From a bacterium (lineage in GTDB: Bacteria; UBA8248): a stretch of DNA of 64,000 bases. The DNA lies in contig OZ253442.1 in the NCBI GenBank assembly GCA_965261085.1, positions 576,001-640,000 on the forward strand, written 5' to 3'. Each line of letters begins with the position of its first letter. Position 1 is the first letter of the stretch. The translations under genes and the position numbers were made by a program. Under the pieces are notes generated by a model. The model searched no databases, was not told the origin of the DNA, and saw nothing but the letters and a program-made list of their open reading frames with translations. This document shows, piece after piece, positions 18,897 through 29,516 of the stretch.

Positions 18897-19610
18897 TTAA
18901 TCCTCCATCTGCTCCATGCGTTTCGGCCCGATAAGCAGGACGCACTCGCCCTTGATTTTTCTGTCCTTGATTTTCTCGGCAAGTTCACGCGCCTTATCGC
19001 GGAGAATTTCCTCGTGGAGTTTCGTGATCTCGCGCGCAAGAGCGAGGGGCCGCGCGGGCGCCAAGTCGGCGATTTCACGAATGAGCCGCGCGATTCTGTG
19101 GGGCGATTCGAACAGGATGAGCGTACGTTCCTCATCCAGAAGCGCTTCGATTTTTCTGAGCCTTTTTTGTCCCTTGGAGGGAAGGAAGCCTTCGAAGATG
19201 AAGCTGTCCGTGGGAAGGCCCGAGGCGGTAAGAGCGGCCAGAACCGAAGACGGCCCGGGCACGGGGATGACGGCGACGTCCGCCTCGATGGCGGCGCGCA
19301 CCACCCGGTAGGCGGGATCGGAAACCCCCGGTGTGCCCGCATCCGACACCACGGCGACGCGCTCGCCTTCAAGCGCGCGCCCGGCCAGTTCGCCCGCGCG
19401 CCTCGCCTCGTTGTGTTCATGGTAGCTCAGGAGCGGTTTTTTGATCCCGAGGCGTGAGAGCAGCCTGCCCGTGTGGCGCGTGTCCTCGCACGCAATGAGG
19501 TCGCACTCGCGCAAGACTCTCAAAGCCCGCTCGGTGATGTCCTCTAAATTTCCAATCGGTGTGGCGACGAGATAGACGCCGGGGGAGAGGGGCGGCGGTG
19601 GTTTGGCCAT
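18897..19610 (-). CDS. rsmI: 16S rRNA C1402 2'-O-methyltransferase
   Basis: VATPIGNLEDIT.RA, CEDTR, SDAGTP.VSDP, REITKLHEE. Confidence 0.95.
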   Translation of the reverse strand: MAKPPPPLSPGVYLVATPIGNLEDITERALRVLRECDLIACEDTRHTGRLLSRLGIKKPLLSYHEHNEARRAGELAGRALEGERVAVVSDAGTPGVSDPAYRVVRAAIEADVAVIPVPGPSSVLAALTASGLPTDSFIFEGFLPSKGQKRLRKIEALLDEERTLILFESPHRIARLIREIADLAPARPLALAREITKLHEEILRDKARELAEKIKDRKIKGECVLLIGPKRMEQMED

Positions 19611-19614
19611 TCGC

Positions 19615-20817
19615 TCAGGCCACGGCTCCAGAGTCCCGCAAGTTTTTTATTTCAGCCTCACTCGTTCCGAACTCACGGAGCACCTCATCGGTGTGCTCGC
19701 CCAGCAGGGGCGCGGGCGTGCGAACGCCGACGCGCGTCTCGGACAATTTTGGGGGAAAGCCCAGAACCCGCATCCGGCCCGCCGCGGGGTGTTCGATCTC
19801 GACGCTCATCTCCCGCGCCTGAATCTGGGGATGCGCAAAGGTTTCCGCCATGTTCAGAATCGGCCCGCAGGGGATTCCGCCCGAATCCAGAAGCGCCACC
19901 CATTCATCCCGCGTCTTCTGGATGAACACCTCTTCGAGTTCGCCCGCGAGCTTCAGATAGTTCTCGCGCCTTAAGCCGTCGGTGGCGTATTCCGCACGCT
20001 CCAGAAGGTCTTCGCGCCCGATCGCCCCGCAGAACAACTCCCAGTTCCTCTGGTTGGCGGCGCCCAAGGCCAGATAGCCGTCCTTGCACTGAAAGGCCTG
20101 GTAAGGAGCCGTCATCTCGTGCGCGGAGCCGAGGGGCTGGGGCGGCTCGCCTGAGGGGAAAAACTGGGACGCCTGCCAGAAGGTGTAGCCGAGTCCTGCG
20201 TCGGTCAGCGCCATGTCGATGCGCTGGCCCCGGCCTGTGCGCTGTTTGTGGATATAGGCGGAGAGTATCGAAAGCGCCGTATACATCCCTGCGTTCAGAT
20301 CGCATATCGGCACGGGTATCTTCGCGGGCGCGCCGCCGGGCTCACCCGTGAAGCTCATGAGGCTCGAGAGGCCCTGGGAGACCAGATCGAAACCACCCTT
20401 GCCGGCGAAAGGGCCGGTGTCGCCATAGCCGGAAATGGATGCGTAGATGAGACCAGGGTTGAGTTCTTTCAAGTCCTCATAGCCCAGGCCGAGTCTGGTC
20501 ATGATGCCGGGCCGCATGTTCTCGACGAACACGTCGACTTGTTTCGCAAGTTCTTTTATGAGCGCAACGCCCCCGGGCGCCTTGATGTTCACCGCCACGC
20601 TGCGCTTGTTGCGGTTTAAGTTCATGAAGCCGTGGGCCTCGCCGCCTTCGAAATACCGCCCCAGATGGCGAGCGCTGTCCCCGCCGTCCGGGTTTTCGAC
20701 TTTGATGACGTCCGCACCCATATCCGCCAGCAGGCACCCGCAGAACGGGCCGGCCATGACCTGGCAGACCTCCAGCACACGAACGCCCTCAAGCGGCCCG
20801 CCCGTTTCGAGACTCAT
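19615..20817 (-). CDS. CoA-transferase family III (CaiB/BaiF)
   Basis: LADMGADVIKVE, NRNKRS, ENMRPG, P.LGEHT. Confidence 0.92.
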   Translation of the reverse strand: MSLETGGPLEGVRVLEVCQVMAGPFCGCLLADMGADVIKVENPDGGDSARHLGRYFEGGEAHGFMNLNRNKRSVAVNIKAPGGVALIKELAKQVDVFVENMRPGIMTRLGLGYEDLKELNPGLIYASISGYGDTGPFAGKGGFDLVSQGLSSLMSFTGEPGGAPAKIPVPICDLNAGMYTALSILSAYIHKQRTGRGQRIDMALTDAGLGYTFWQASQFFPSGEPPQPLGSAHEMTAPYQAFQCKDGYLALGAANQRNWELFCGAIGREDLLERAEYATDGLRRENYLKLAGELEEVFIQKTRDEWVALLDSGGIPCGPILNMAETFAHPQIQAREMSVEIEHPAAGRMRVLGFPPKLSETRVGVRTPAPLLGEHTDEVLREFGTSEAEIKNLRDSGAVA

Positions 20818-20822
20818 CTGTT

Positions 20823-21632
20823 TTATTTCCCCCGGAATTCAGGCGTGCGCTTGTTCAGGAAAGCGTCCACACCCTCTCTAAAATCTTCTGTGTCGAAACA
20901 GGCGACCTCGCGCGCTTTTTCTTCTGCGGTGAGAGAGGAAAGGCTTGGGTCCAGCAGCACCTTTTTCACGAACCCCTTGTGCCACTGATGAACGAGGGGC
21001 GCCAGGGAAACGATGCGCTCCGCCATCTCATAGGCCGTTTTCTCCACTTCCTCATCCGGCACGACGCGCGCCAGAAAACCTGCGTCGAGCATCTCCTGGG
21101 CTGTGAAGAGTTTGGCGGTGAGCAGCATGTCCAGCGTGCGCGCGGGTCCGATGGAATATACGAAACGCCTGAGCTCGGAATAGCCCGCCACGAGGCCGAG
21201 CTTGGCCACCGGAATCCCGAAGCGCGAACTCTCGCCCGCGACCCGCAAATCCGTAGCGGCGGCGAGCTCCACGCCCCCGCCCACGCATGCGCCCCTGATG
21301 AGGCAGATGACGGGTTTGGAGAAGGCATCCACCGCATTGAGCCCGCGCAGGAATCCGGTTTCAGAGAAATGCTTCGCCTGTGCGGAGCTGTAGCGCTCCT
21401 GCTTGAAACGCGAGATGTCCGCCCCGGCGGAGAAGGCGCGCTCGCCGGCGCCCCTGAAGACGACGGCGCGCACCGAATCGTCCGCGTCGAGTTCGGGCAT
21501 GAGGCTGCCGATTTCCACCCACATCTCGTATTCGATGGCGTTGAGCCGCTCGGGCGCATGAAAGGTGATCGTCGCCACTGCGCCCTTTCGGGAGAGTCGT
21601 ATTTTTCCGTCCGCGCGTTGTTCTTCGCTCAC
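20823..21632 (-). CDS. enoyl-CoA hydratase/isomerase family protein
   Basis: AFSAGADI, KPVI..IRG.CVGGG.E, D.R, D.REGV.AFL.KR.P.F.G. Confidence 0.9.
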   Translation of the reverse strand: MSEEQRADGKIRLSRKGAVATITFHAPERLNAIEYEMWVEIGSLMPELDADDSVRAVVFRGAGERAFSAGADISRFKQERYSSAQAKHFSETGFLRGLNAVDAFSKPVICLIRGACVGGGVELAAATDLRVAGESSRFGIPVAKLGLVAGYSELRRFVYSIGPARTLDMLLTAKLFTAQEMLDAGFLARVVPDEEVEKTAYEMAERIVSLAPLVHQWHKGFVKKVLLDPSLSSLTAEEKAREVACFDTEDFREGVDAFLNKRTPEFRGK

Positions 21633-21709
21633 GTCACTCGCCTCGAAATATCCACCGGAACGCATCGCCCGAAAGGGCGCGCCGTCTATTTTATGCGGAA
21701 AAGGAAAAG

Positions 21710-21928
21710 TTACGCTTTCTGCGCATCCTTGTATTCTTCGAGCCAAGCCATCTGGATGGCTTCGAGCTTGCTCTCCGTCGAGGACTTCGGATCGCCTTCG
21801 AACTCCTTGAGTTCGCACACCCAGTCGTGCAGATCGGTAAAGCGAACGGAGAGCGGGTCGATCTTCGAAAATTTTTCATATAACACGATGCCGATATCCT
21901 CGGCATCTTCCCAATTGAATGTCTCCAC
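21710..21928 (-). CDS. iscX: Fe-S assembly protein IscX
   Basis: W.D..DI..., VRFTDL..W, LEAIQ.AW..E; last gene of isc operon. Confidence 0.9.
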   Translation of the reverse strand: METFNWEDAEDIGIVLYEKFSKIDPLSVRFTDLHDWVCELKEFEGDPKSSTESKLEAIQMAWLEEYKDAQKA

Positions 21929-21953
21929 CAGTCCCTCTCCTGAACCAAAATTT

Positions 21954-22310
21954 CTAATGGGCGGCTTGTTCCCTGGCCGCATCCGGGCCCTCCTGCACCA
22001 GGTTCACGTTCCAGAACGGCACCTCTAACTCGATGACCTCATCCGTTTCCGACTCGAGCGTCGCCTGGCAGGCCAGCCGGCTGTCGAGGTCCACGTCGCG
22101 CGCGTCGTCGAGTTGATCTTCCTCATCATCGGTGGATTCGTTGAACGAATCCGCGCCGGTCCTGATCTTGACGTGGCACGTCGAGCAGGCGCATACGCCG
22201 CCGCAAGCATGATCCAGGTCGAAGCCGTTTTCGAGCGCCGCTTCGAGAATGTTCTCGCCCACGTGAATGTCTATCGTCTGTTTTTCTTCCATAAAATAAA
22301 GTTTCGCCAT
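21954..22310 (-). CDS. fdx: ISC [2Fe-2S] ferredoxin
   Basis: HACGGVCACSTCHV, SRLACQ. Confidence 0.92.
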   Translation of the reverse strand: MAKLYFMEEKQTIDIHVGENILEAALENGFDLDHACGGVCACSTCHVKIRTGADSFNESTDDEEDQLDDARDVDLDSRLACQATLESETDEVIELEVPFWNVNLVQEGPDAAREQAAH

Positions 22311-22348
22311 TTTCTTCCCCTGAGCCCCGCGCGAATCGCCTGCGGTTT

Positions 22349-24184
22349 CTAGTCGTTGAGGGCTTCGCTCACCCTCTTGTTCTCCAAGGCCGATTTTAAA
22401 ACATTATCCATCATCCGCTCCGCGAGCGGCATCGTGACTTCATTGAGCGCGTCGACCATATCACGAACCATACCCGGGTCCTCCCCCCGGCAGGATTCTT
22501 CCAGCGCGCTCACCGCTTCTTGAATCTTCGCGCGCCCTGAGGGTGAGACGGCATCCTCCGCATAATCGTTCATCGCGCGGGCCGTGGCCATGAGAATGGT
22601 TTCCGCCTCGGTTCTCGCGTCGAGAAGCTGGCGGGAGCGGATGTCCTGCTCCGCGTGTTCGAAAGATTCGATAAGCATGCGCTCGACCTGCTCATCCGTC
22701 AGCCCGTAGGAGGGTTGCACCTCCACCGAGGCCGCCTTGCCGCTCCTCAGATCCCGGGCCGTCACGTTCAGGATTCCGTTGGCGTCGAGCAGAAACGTCA
22801 CTTCCACCCGGGCGAGGCCGGCAGGCGCCGGGTCGACCGCGAGACGAAAACGCGCGAGCGAGCGGTTGTCCTTCACCAGCTCTCGCTCGCCCTGTAGCAC
22901 ATGGATGTCCACGCCCGTCTGGTTGTCCTTGAAGGTGGTATAGGTTTCCCTGGCGCTCGTGGGGATAGTGGTGTTGCGGGGAATGATCCACCCCATGACA
23001 CCGCCCATGGTCTCGATGCCCAGAGAAAGGGGCGTCACGTCGAGAAGCAGCATGTCCTTTCTGCCGCCCGCGAGGATGTCCGCCTGCACGGCGGCGCCCA
23101 GGGCCACCACCTCGTCGGGGTCCAAGTCCGCATGCGGCCTCTTTTCGAACAACTCCTCCACCATGCGGCGGATGAGGGGCATACGGGTGGACCCGCCCAC
23201 CAGTACGACCTCGTCCACCTCTTCGGGCGAGAGGCCCGCGTCCTTAAGCGCGCGCTTACAAGGCGCCAGCGTCCGCTCGGCGATGGGCGCGAGGAGCGCT
23301 TCCATCTCCTCTCGGGTGAGAGTCCCTTTGTGTGAGAGCGGGACGCCGCCTGGGTTTTCGAGGATATACTCCGTAGAGCCGCTTGCAGAAAGCGTTTTCT
23401 TGACCCGTTCGGCCAAAACCGTGAGTTCGGCCAGCGCCTCGGGCGTTTCACCCAGATTCACGCCATGATCTTTCAGGATTTCGTTCTGGATGTGGCCGGA
23501 AATCGCCTGATCGAAATCATCCCCGCCCAGATGGGTGTCCCCACCGGTGGAGAGCACCTCGAACACGCCGTCCTTGATTCTCAACAGCGAGATGTCGAAC
23601 GTGCCGCCGCCCAAGTCGTAGACCGCGACGACGCCTCGGTTTCGCTCATGCAGGCCGTAAGCCAGGGAGGCCGCCGTGGGTTCGTTGATGATGCGGAGCA
23701 CTTCGAGACCCGCGAGCTTGCCTGCGTCTTTCGTCGCCTGGCGCTGCGCGTCGTTGAAATACGCCGGAACCGTCACCACCGCTCTGAGTACGGGCCGGCC
23801 GAGCGTTTTCTCCGCCCGCGACTTGAGCCGCCTTAGCAACAAGGCGCTAACTTCGGGCGCGCTGTAGGATCGCCCCTGCGCCAGCACGTGAACGACTTCT
23901 TTCTCCTCGGGATCGGCGTCGAATGGCAGGTGGCGCATCTCGTCTTTCACGTCCTCATAACCCCTGCCCATGAAGCGCTTGATGGAAAAAATGGTGTTCC
24001 GGCTGTTGGAGACGCGCTCGTCCTGCGCCTCCTCGCCGATGAGAACGCGATCGGAGCGGAAGCTCACCACGGAGGGCACGAGGCCGCGCTCGCCCTCGGG
24101 CGCGAGTATCGCCGGCTCACCTCCCGATACGGAAGCGACCAGGCTGTTCGTCGTGCCCAGGTCGATCCCGACGATATCGCTCAT
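22349..24184 (-). CDS. hscA: Fe-S chaperone HscA
   Basis: [41 protein letters not shown]; isc context. Confidence 0.93.
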   Translation of the reverse strand: MSDIVGIDLGTTNSLVASVSGGEPAILAPEGERGLVPSVVSFRSDRVLIGEEAQDERVSNSRNTIFSIKRFMGRGYEDVKDEMRHLPFDADPEEKEVVHVLAQGRSYSAPEVSALLLRRLKSRAEKTLGRPVLRAVVTVPAYFNDAQRQATKDAGKLAGLEVLRIINEPTAASLAYGLHERNRGVVAVYDLGGGTFDISLLRIKDGVFEVLSTGGDTHLGGDDFDQAISGHIQNEILKDHGVNLGETPEALAELTVLAERVKKTLSASGSTEYILENPGGVPLSHKGTLTREEMEALLAPIAERTLAPCKRALKDAGLSPEEVDEVVLVGGSTRMPLIRRMVEELFEKRPHADLDPDEVVALGAAVQADILAGGRKDMLLLDVTPLSLGIETMGGVMGWIIPRNTTIPTSARETYTTFKDNQTGVDIHVLQGERELVKDNRSLARFRLAVDPAPAGLARVEVTFLLDANGILNVTARDLRSGKAASVEVQPSYGLTDEQVERMLIESFEHAEQDIRSRQLLDARTEAETILMATARAMNDYAEDAVSPSGRAKIQEAVSALEESCRGEDPGMVRDMVDALNEVTMPLAERMMDNVLKSALENKRVSEALND

Positions 24185-24843
24185 TCGCTCTCCTCCAAAG
24201 CGCGCTTTAAGCTCGTGAGGGTGTTCTCGATATAGTTTCTCTGCCCGAGGATGGAGCGCATTTTCCTGACGACGTCGGGCGGGGCGGGTTCGTCTCTCTC
24301 CACCGCCTCGTCCCAGGCGGCGCCCAGCTTGTCGAGCGCCGTGCGCTGTCCATCGCGAAGTACGGAAAAACACTCCATGGCCGCGTGGAGGCGCCCGCGC
24401 AAGGTCTCGGCCTCATCCTCGTCCATGCAGCACTGGAACTCCGCCGCCGCCTCCTGGGCCTCGAATATCTCCTCAAACAACTCGGGCGGGGGCCTCCTCT
24501 CGTTCTCCTCGAGCCTTCCGATTTCGAGCTGCACCAGATAGACGACGCGCGCAACCGGATCCTTGATGGTCTGATACGCCTCGTTGATGCGGGCGGTCGC
24601 ATCCAGACTCCTGATTCGGACCGCGGCGGGCGCGGCCATGAAAAAATCGGGATGAAGCTTCCGATTCAGCTCGTAGAATCTCGACTCGAGCGCCTCGGCG
24701 TCGACCCTGAATTTGCGCCGAAATCCCAGCAGGGCGAAATGATCGACCTCGGCGGGAATCGCTTCTATGTCGCCGTCTTCACTGAAAACGGAAAAGGGTT
24801 TTTCTTTCGTCGCTTCGCTCATCGCGCGATTCCAGGCCCGCAT
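24181..24843 (-). CDS. hscB: Fe-S co-chaperone HscB
   Basis: J-domain HPD, INEAY.T.KDP..R..Y; start could be 24843 or 24822. Confidence 0.88.
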   Translation of the reverse strand: MRAWNRAMSEATKEKPFSVFSEDGDIEAIPAEVDHFALLGFRRKFRVDAEALESRFYELNRKLHPDFFMAAPAAVRIRSLDATARINEAYQTIKDPVARVVYLVQLEIGRLEENERRPPPELFEEIFEAQEAAAEFQCCMDEDEAETLRGRLHAAMECFSVLRDGQRTALDKLGAAWDEAVERDEPAPPDVVRKMRSILGQRNYIENTLTSLKRALEESE

Positions 24844-24926
24844 GAACCGCCGGGCGTCATAACCCAAAAGAAAAACGCGTCGCTATCCCATGTTGAATGG
24901 GCGCGGCGCGTTTCATCCCGGTTGCG

Positions 24927-25283
24927 TTACGCAGAAAAACTTTCCCCGCAACCACAGGACTGGCGTGCGTTGGGGTTTTTGAAAGTAAACCCCTTGCCCA
25001 TCAGCCCGTCTTCGAAATCCAGCGTGGTGCCCGCCAGGAAAAAAAGGCTCTTCTTGTCCACGACCACACGGATGCCGTCTTTTCCGAACACCTCGTCCAT
25101 CAGTGGGTTGATGCGCTCTTCACCCTCGAACTGAAGGACGTAGGAAAGCCCGGAGCAGCCCCCGCCCTTCACTCCGACGCGAAGAACGTGGCCCTGCGCT
25201 CCCTCTTTCTCCATGAAGCGGTTCACGTGCTCCACCGCCTTGTCGCTTACTTCGATGCTCAGTTTTTCCGCAGCGGTTTCCAT
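24927..25283 (-). CDS. iscA: A-type Fe-S carrier
   Basis: GGGCSGLSY, NPNA..SCGCGESF. Confidence 0.92.
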   Translation of the reverse strand: METAAEKLSIEVSDKAVEHVNRFMEKEGAQGHVLRVGVKGGGCSGLSYVLQFEGEERINPLMDEVFGKDGIRVVVDKKSLFFLAGTTLDFEDGLMGKGFTFKNPNARQSCGCGESFSA

Positions 25284-25314
25284 ATCCTGCCCTCTGCCGG
25301 CGAGTCGCCCGCTT

Positions 25315-25725
25315 CTAGTGGTGGCCCTTGCGCTCGGCGACCGGCATGCCGTTTTTCTCGCGAAAATCGTTCAGCGCGGTCTTGATGGCGTCTTCGGCCA
25401 GCACGGAGCAGTGAATCTTCACCGGCGGGAGGTTCAACTCCTCGACGATCTGCGTGTTCTTGATCTCCTCGGCCTCGTCCACCGTCTTGCCCTTGAGCCA
25501 CTCGGTGGCCAGAGAACTCGAGGCGATGGCGCTTCCGCAGCCGAAGGTCTTGAACTTCGCATCCTCGATGAAACCACCCTCGTTCACCTTGATTTGGAGC
25601 TTCATCACGTCGCCGCATTCGGGCGCGCCGACGATGCCCGTGCCTACCGTCTGGTCTTTTTTGTCGAGCGAGCCGACGTTGCGCGGGTTGTTGTAGTGGT
25701 CGACCACCTTATCGCTGTAAGCCAT
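25315..25725 (-). CDS. iscU: Fe-S scaffold IscU
   Basis: MAYSDKVVDHY.NPRNVG, CGDVM, FGCGSAIASSS, LPPVKIHC. Confidence 0.97.
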   Translation of the reverse strand: MAYSDKVVDHYNNPRNVGSLDKKDQTVGTGIVGAPECGDVMKLQIKVNEGGFIEDAKFKTFGCGSAIASSSLATEWLKGKTVDEAEEIKNTQIVEELNLPPVKIHCSVLAEDAIKTALNDFREKNGMPVAERKGHH

Positions 25726-25810
25726 TTTTCATTCTCCTTTTCCCAATCGCTGCGATTCCCGATTCTCCTGAGCCGCAGGCTCTATATCAAAAAATACTCA
25801 AAGCACTCGT

Positions 25811-27031
25811 TTAATGCGACTGCCATACCACCTTCGAGAGATCCACTCCCTCTTTCACCATCTCATAGAGCGGGCTCATCTCGCGAAGCCGGATCACGAT
25901 GTCCGTCGTCTTCTCGGCCACATATTCCATCTCCTCTTCGGTGGAAAACCGCCCGAAGCCGAAGCGAATCGACGAATGCGCCAATTCATCGCCCCGGCCC
26001 ATCGCTTTCAGCACGTAGCTCGGCTCGAGACTCGCCGAGGTACAGGCCGAACCCGAGGATACGGCCACGTCGCTCAGCCCCATGATGAGCGATTCGCCCT
26101 CCACGTAGGGGAAGCTCAGGTTCAGGTTGCCCGAGAGGCGCTTGGTCTCATGGCCGTTCACGTAGACTTCTTCTAGGCTCTCGAACATGATGGACCTGAA
26201 CTTTTCGCGCAGATTCGTCAGGCGGATGTTCTCTTCTTCCATCTCCTCCATGCACAACTCGGCCGCCTTGCCGAAGCCGACGATACCCGAAACGTTCAGC
26301 GTGCCCGAGCGCATGCCCCGCTCGTGGCCGCCGCCGTCGATGATGGCCGAAAGACGCACGCGCGGCCTGCGCCTGCGCACGTAAATCATCCCCACGCCCT
26401 TGGGCCCGTAGATCTTGTGCGCGGAGGCCGAGAGGAGGTCGATATTCATCTCGTCCACGTCGATGGGAATCTTGCCGTAGCCCTGCGTGGCGTCGGTGTG
26501 GAAGAGAACCCCCCGCCCGCGGCACAGCGCGCCGATCTCGGCGATTGGGTTCAGCACGCCGACCTCGTTGTTCGCCGCCATGATGGAAACAAGGATGGTG
26601 TCGTCGCGCATGGCGTTCTCGACCATCTCCGCCGTCGTGATGCCGTCCTCGGGAGGCTCGATGTAGGTGACGTCGAAACCCCACGTCTCCAAGCGCTTGG
26701 CGGAGTCGATGATCGCCTTGTGCTCGATCCCCGAGGTGATGATGTGGTTGCCCTTTTTCTTGTACATCTCGGCGACGCCCTTGAGCGCCATGTTGTCCGA
26801 CTCCGTGGCTCCGCTCGTGAAGATGATCTCGCGCGGGTCCGCGCCTATGACGGCGGCGAGCTTTTCCCTGGCGTCGTCCACGGCCTTCTCCGCCTCCCAG
26901 CCGAAGCTATGGTTGCGGCTCGCTGCGTTGCCGAACTTGTCGCCGAAGTAGGGATTCATCGCTTCCAAGACCCGGGGGTCCATGGGCGTCGTCGCCTGGT
27001 AATCCATGTAAATGGGGAACTTCAAGCTCAT
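25811..27031 (-). CDS. iscS: cysteine desulfurase IscS
   Basis: [32 protein letters not shown]. Confidence 0.97.
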   Translation of the reverse strand: MSLKFPIYMDYQATTPMDPRVLEAMNPYFGDKFGNAASRNHSFGWEAEKAVDDAREKLAAVIGADPREIIFTSGATESDNMALKGVAEMYKKKGNHIITSGIEHKAIIDSAKRLETWGFDVTYIEPPEDGITTAEMVENAMRDDTILVSIMAANNEVGVLNPIAEIGALCRGRGVLFHTDATQGYGKIPIDVDEMNIDLLSASAHKIYGPKGVGMIYVRRRRPRVRLSAIIDGGGHERGMRSGTLNVSGIVGFGKAAELCMEEMEEENIRLTNLREKFRSIMFESLEEVYVNGHETKRLSGNLNLSFPYVEGESLIMGLSDVAVSSGSACTSASLEPSYVLKAMGRGDELAHSSIRFGFGRFSTEEEMEYVAEKTTDIVIRLREMSPLYEMVKEGVDLSKVVWQSH

Positions 27032-27453
27032 CTGATCTCTCCTGCAGGCGTACCCACCATGTCCTGAAGGGTCATGCCCTCAAGCACGTCGGTCACCTTT
27101 CTCTGGATCCTTTCCATGGGATAAAAAATCGTACATTTCTCGTATTGTTCACACCCCGTGGCGTCGCCGATCTGACACGTCGCCATGGCGATGGGCCCCT
27201 CGATGGCTCGGATGACTTCGGCCACCGAGATGGTCTCGGGCCTGCGGGAGAGGACATAGCCGCCCTTGGGCCCGTTTCGCGACTCCACGAGTCCGTTTTT
27301 GGCCAGAAGCTGCATCGTCTTCGCAAGCAGTTCGGCGGGAATGTGGAACCTGCCAGCGATGGCCCGCGAGGTGATGGCCGAATCCTCTTCCTGCTCCGCA
27401 AGGTAGGAGAGAGCCATCAAGCCGTAATCCGTGCGCTTCGCAATCGTGAACAT
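27028..27453 (-). CDS. iscR: Rrf2 family regulator IscR-like
   Basis: G.KGGY.L, three C-terminal Cys; heads isc operon. Confidence 0.85.
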   Translation of the reverse strand: MFTIAKRTDYGLMALSYLAEQEEDSAITSRAIAGRFHIPAELLAKTMQLLAKNGLVESRNGPKGGYVLSRRPETISVAEVIRAIEGPIAMATCQIGDATGCEQYEKCTIFYPMERIQRKVTDVLEGMTLQDMVGTPAGEIR

Positions 27454-27531
27454 CCACTTACCGCCTTGAATTATGCTGGGTTATCTGTCTAATCCGACCA
27501 TTTGGAAGATGACGGCTTTTGTCGTCCTCTA

Positions 27532-27597
27532 AATGCGACCAAAACGGTCGCCGACCCATCTAGTCGCATATATACGCCCTGATCGGGACAATGTCAA
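27532..27597 (-). promoter_or_regulatory. isc promoter with tandem Rrf2/IscR-like operators
   Basis: TTGACA (27592-27597)-N17-TATATA; palindromes GCGACC-N5-GGTCGC (27535-27551) and CGAC-N7-GTCG (27552-27566). Confidence 0.6.
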
Positions 27598-27711
27598 GGG
27601 TTTATGGGGATTTTTGCTGTTGGCGGTTGGAAAATTTGATCGCCTCTGATATTAGGAGGTCTTGCTTTCAACACAATGAAACCCGACGAGCAAATGAAGG
27701 GAAAAACGTTA

Positions 27712-28149
27712 ATGCCTAAGCGCAAAGGCAACAACCCTAAACGTAGGATTGCGCCAAAAAATAAAATCGCCTCGGACATGCTGGATCGGTATGCGGATCA
27801 AACTTGCTATACCGGTAGTCCTCTCCACAAACGAAATGCCGCTGACTATGGTTTTCATCCGCCAACGAACCCGCGCCCGAACAAGTCATTGTGCGACGGT
27901 AACAGGAAAGTTTTGCTTAATGAAGCAAGATGTCTCTTTCAGGAAGATATAAACCGAGGCATGGTTAGCACTTATTCTGAGGATGGATTGCCCAAATATG
28001 TTTGGGCGGTGGACTCAGATGGACGTGTATTTGAAGCGAAACGTGAGCGGAACAGCCGAAATTATCATGGCTACGAACTTGGAGACGATGAAGAAGCTAT
28101 GAGAAAAATGGTGCTCAGGGAATGGGGATTTAGATGCCCGGCGAACTAA
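27712..28149 (+). CDS. hypothetical basic protein, possible toxin/nuclease
   Basis: Lower GC; Y.GSP.HK, P.YVWAV, FEAK, YHGY motifs; overlaps next gene by 16 nt; start could be 27676. Confidence 0.7.
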   Translation: MPKRKGNNPKRRIAPKNKIASDMLDRYADQTCYTGSPLHKRNAADYGFHPPTNPRPNKSLCDGNRKVLLNEARCLFQEDINRGMVSTYSEDGLPKYVWAVDSDGRVFEAKRERNSRNYHGYELGDDEEAMRKMVLREWGFRCPAN

Positions 28150-29498
28150 CCGTTTCGCTCTCCTGCGAAAAACTCGATACCGGAACGACTGAGGAACGCG
28201 CGACGTTCGGTCTTTTTGCGATGACGGCGAATGAACGCTTATTGACTGCAGGTGAAGACACCTGCCGGAAGGAACTTCGCCATGGCCCGCACGTTTCCGG
28301 CTATCCCATCGCTGAATGGATCGTGTGGAACTGGTGGCGACTTCGCTGGGAGGGAAAGGTAGGACGTCCGTCGGATGAAAACGCTGCAAACCGCTGGGAC
28401 TTCGCGCATCGGATGTCGACCATCGGCGAAGGCTATGCGTGGCCCAACATTACTATTTTCTCAGATGGAGTCAATTCCTTCCTAACCTCCGAGCCTTCTA
28501 GAAGCCCGGAAACAACATTATTTCATTACATCGGAGCTGAACGCCAAAGGGTTCCAGCAGAAAACCTGCAAACAGCTTTTGACGGATTCGTAAATGATAT
28601 CCTGGACAGGCTTGAGGAGGCGAAGGTTCGTGAAACCAACCTCCATCGTCTGTGGAACGATCTGAGAGAGGAAAGAGAAAACCCTGGACTTGCGCGATTC
28701 CGGCGGCTGGAAGCGCAACTTGGCTTCGAGCCAGACGAGGCCGACGAGGTTGCTATACACCGCCATCTCGACGACGCGACGATGCTGGGAGAAGAAGCAT
28801 TGGGTGAAATCGCTGCCGATGCAACATTTGATGATGACGCTCTGAATGCCATGATGTCGGCGATAGACTTCACAAACATCGGGAAACAGAATGGTTTCGA
28901 GGCCAACTCGAACGACGCGATTGCTTTAGGCAATGCGCCGGACATGCCGCAGCTAGGGCAGGTCGAAGCATGGCGCTTGGGAGAGCTTTTTGCAAAAGAA
29001 ATTCGTGATCAGGAAAATCTGGATGGCTTACCAATTTCCAATGATGTCCTTACCAGCTTCGCGGGAAGCGCGAGTGATGTGATTGCAGGAAAAAACGGAC
29101 TTTCGCACAAAATATCTTTTGCGCTGGACGGAGAAAACGACTACATACGTGTGTATCTTCGTTCGAAATGGGAAACGGGTCGGCGCTTCGAGCTCGCCCG
29201 CCTGATCGGCGATCGGATAATTCGCAAACAAATGAACAGGCCCTACGAACGACTCTTCCCCGCGACACGCGCTTTCAGCTATCGGCAGAAAATGCAGCGC
29301 GCATTTGCCGCGGAACTTCTAAGTCCGTTCGTCTTCGTAAAAGAGGTGATGGGCGGCGATTATTCCGAGGAAAACCAAAATGAAGTCGCGGATTACTTCA
29401 CCGTATCACCAATGACGATTCAGACCCAGTTGGTGAATCACGGCCTTGTTGACCGAGATGATGCCCCGGAGATTGTCAATCGCTCCCCTTATCCATGA
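28134..29498 (+). CDS. protein with degenerate C-terminal ImmA/IrrE (DUF955)-like domain
   Basis: RRFELARLIGD in place of RFTxAHELGH, followed by RAFAAELLSP and helix-turn-helix-like VADYFTVS. Confidence 0.75.
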   Translation: MPGELTVSLSCEKLDTGTTEERATFGLFAMTANERLLTAGEDTCRKELRHGPHVSGYPIAEWIVWNWWRLRWEGKVGRPSDENAANRWDFAHRMSTIGEGYAWPNITIFSDGVNSFLTSEPSRSPETTLFHYIGAERQRVPAENLQTAFDGFVNDILDRLEEAKVRETNLHRLWNDLREERENPGLARFRRLEAQLGFEPDEADEVAIHRHLDDATMLGEEALGEIAADATFDDDALNAMMSAIDFTNIGKQNGFEANSNDAIALGNAPDMPQLGQVEAWRLGELFAKEIRDQENLDGLPISNDVLTSFAGSASDVIAGKNGLSHKISFALDGENDYIRVYLRSKWETGRRFELARLIGDRIIRKQMNRPYERLFPATRAFSYRQKMQRAFAAELLSPFVFVKEVMGGDYSEENQNEVADYFTVSPMTIQTQLVNHGLVDRDDAPEIVNRSPYP

Positions 29499-29516
29499 TT
29501 GCCTGAACCATCCCCC

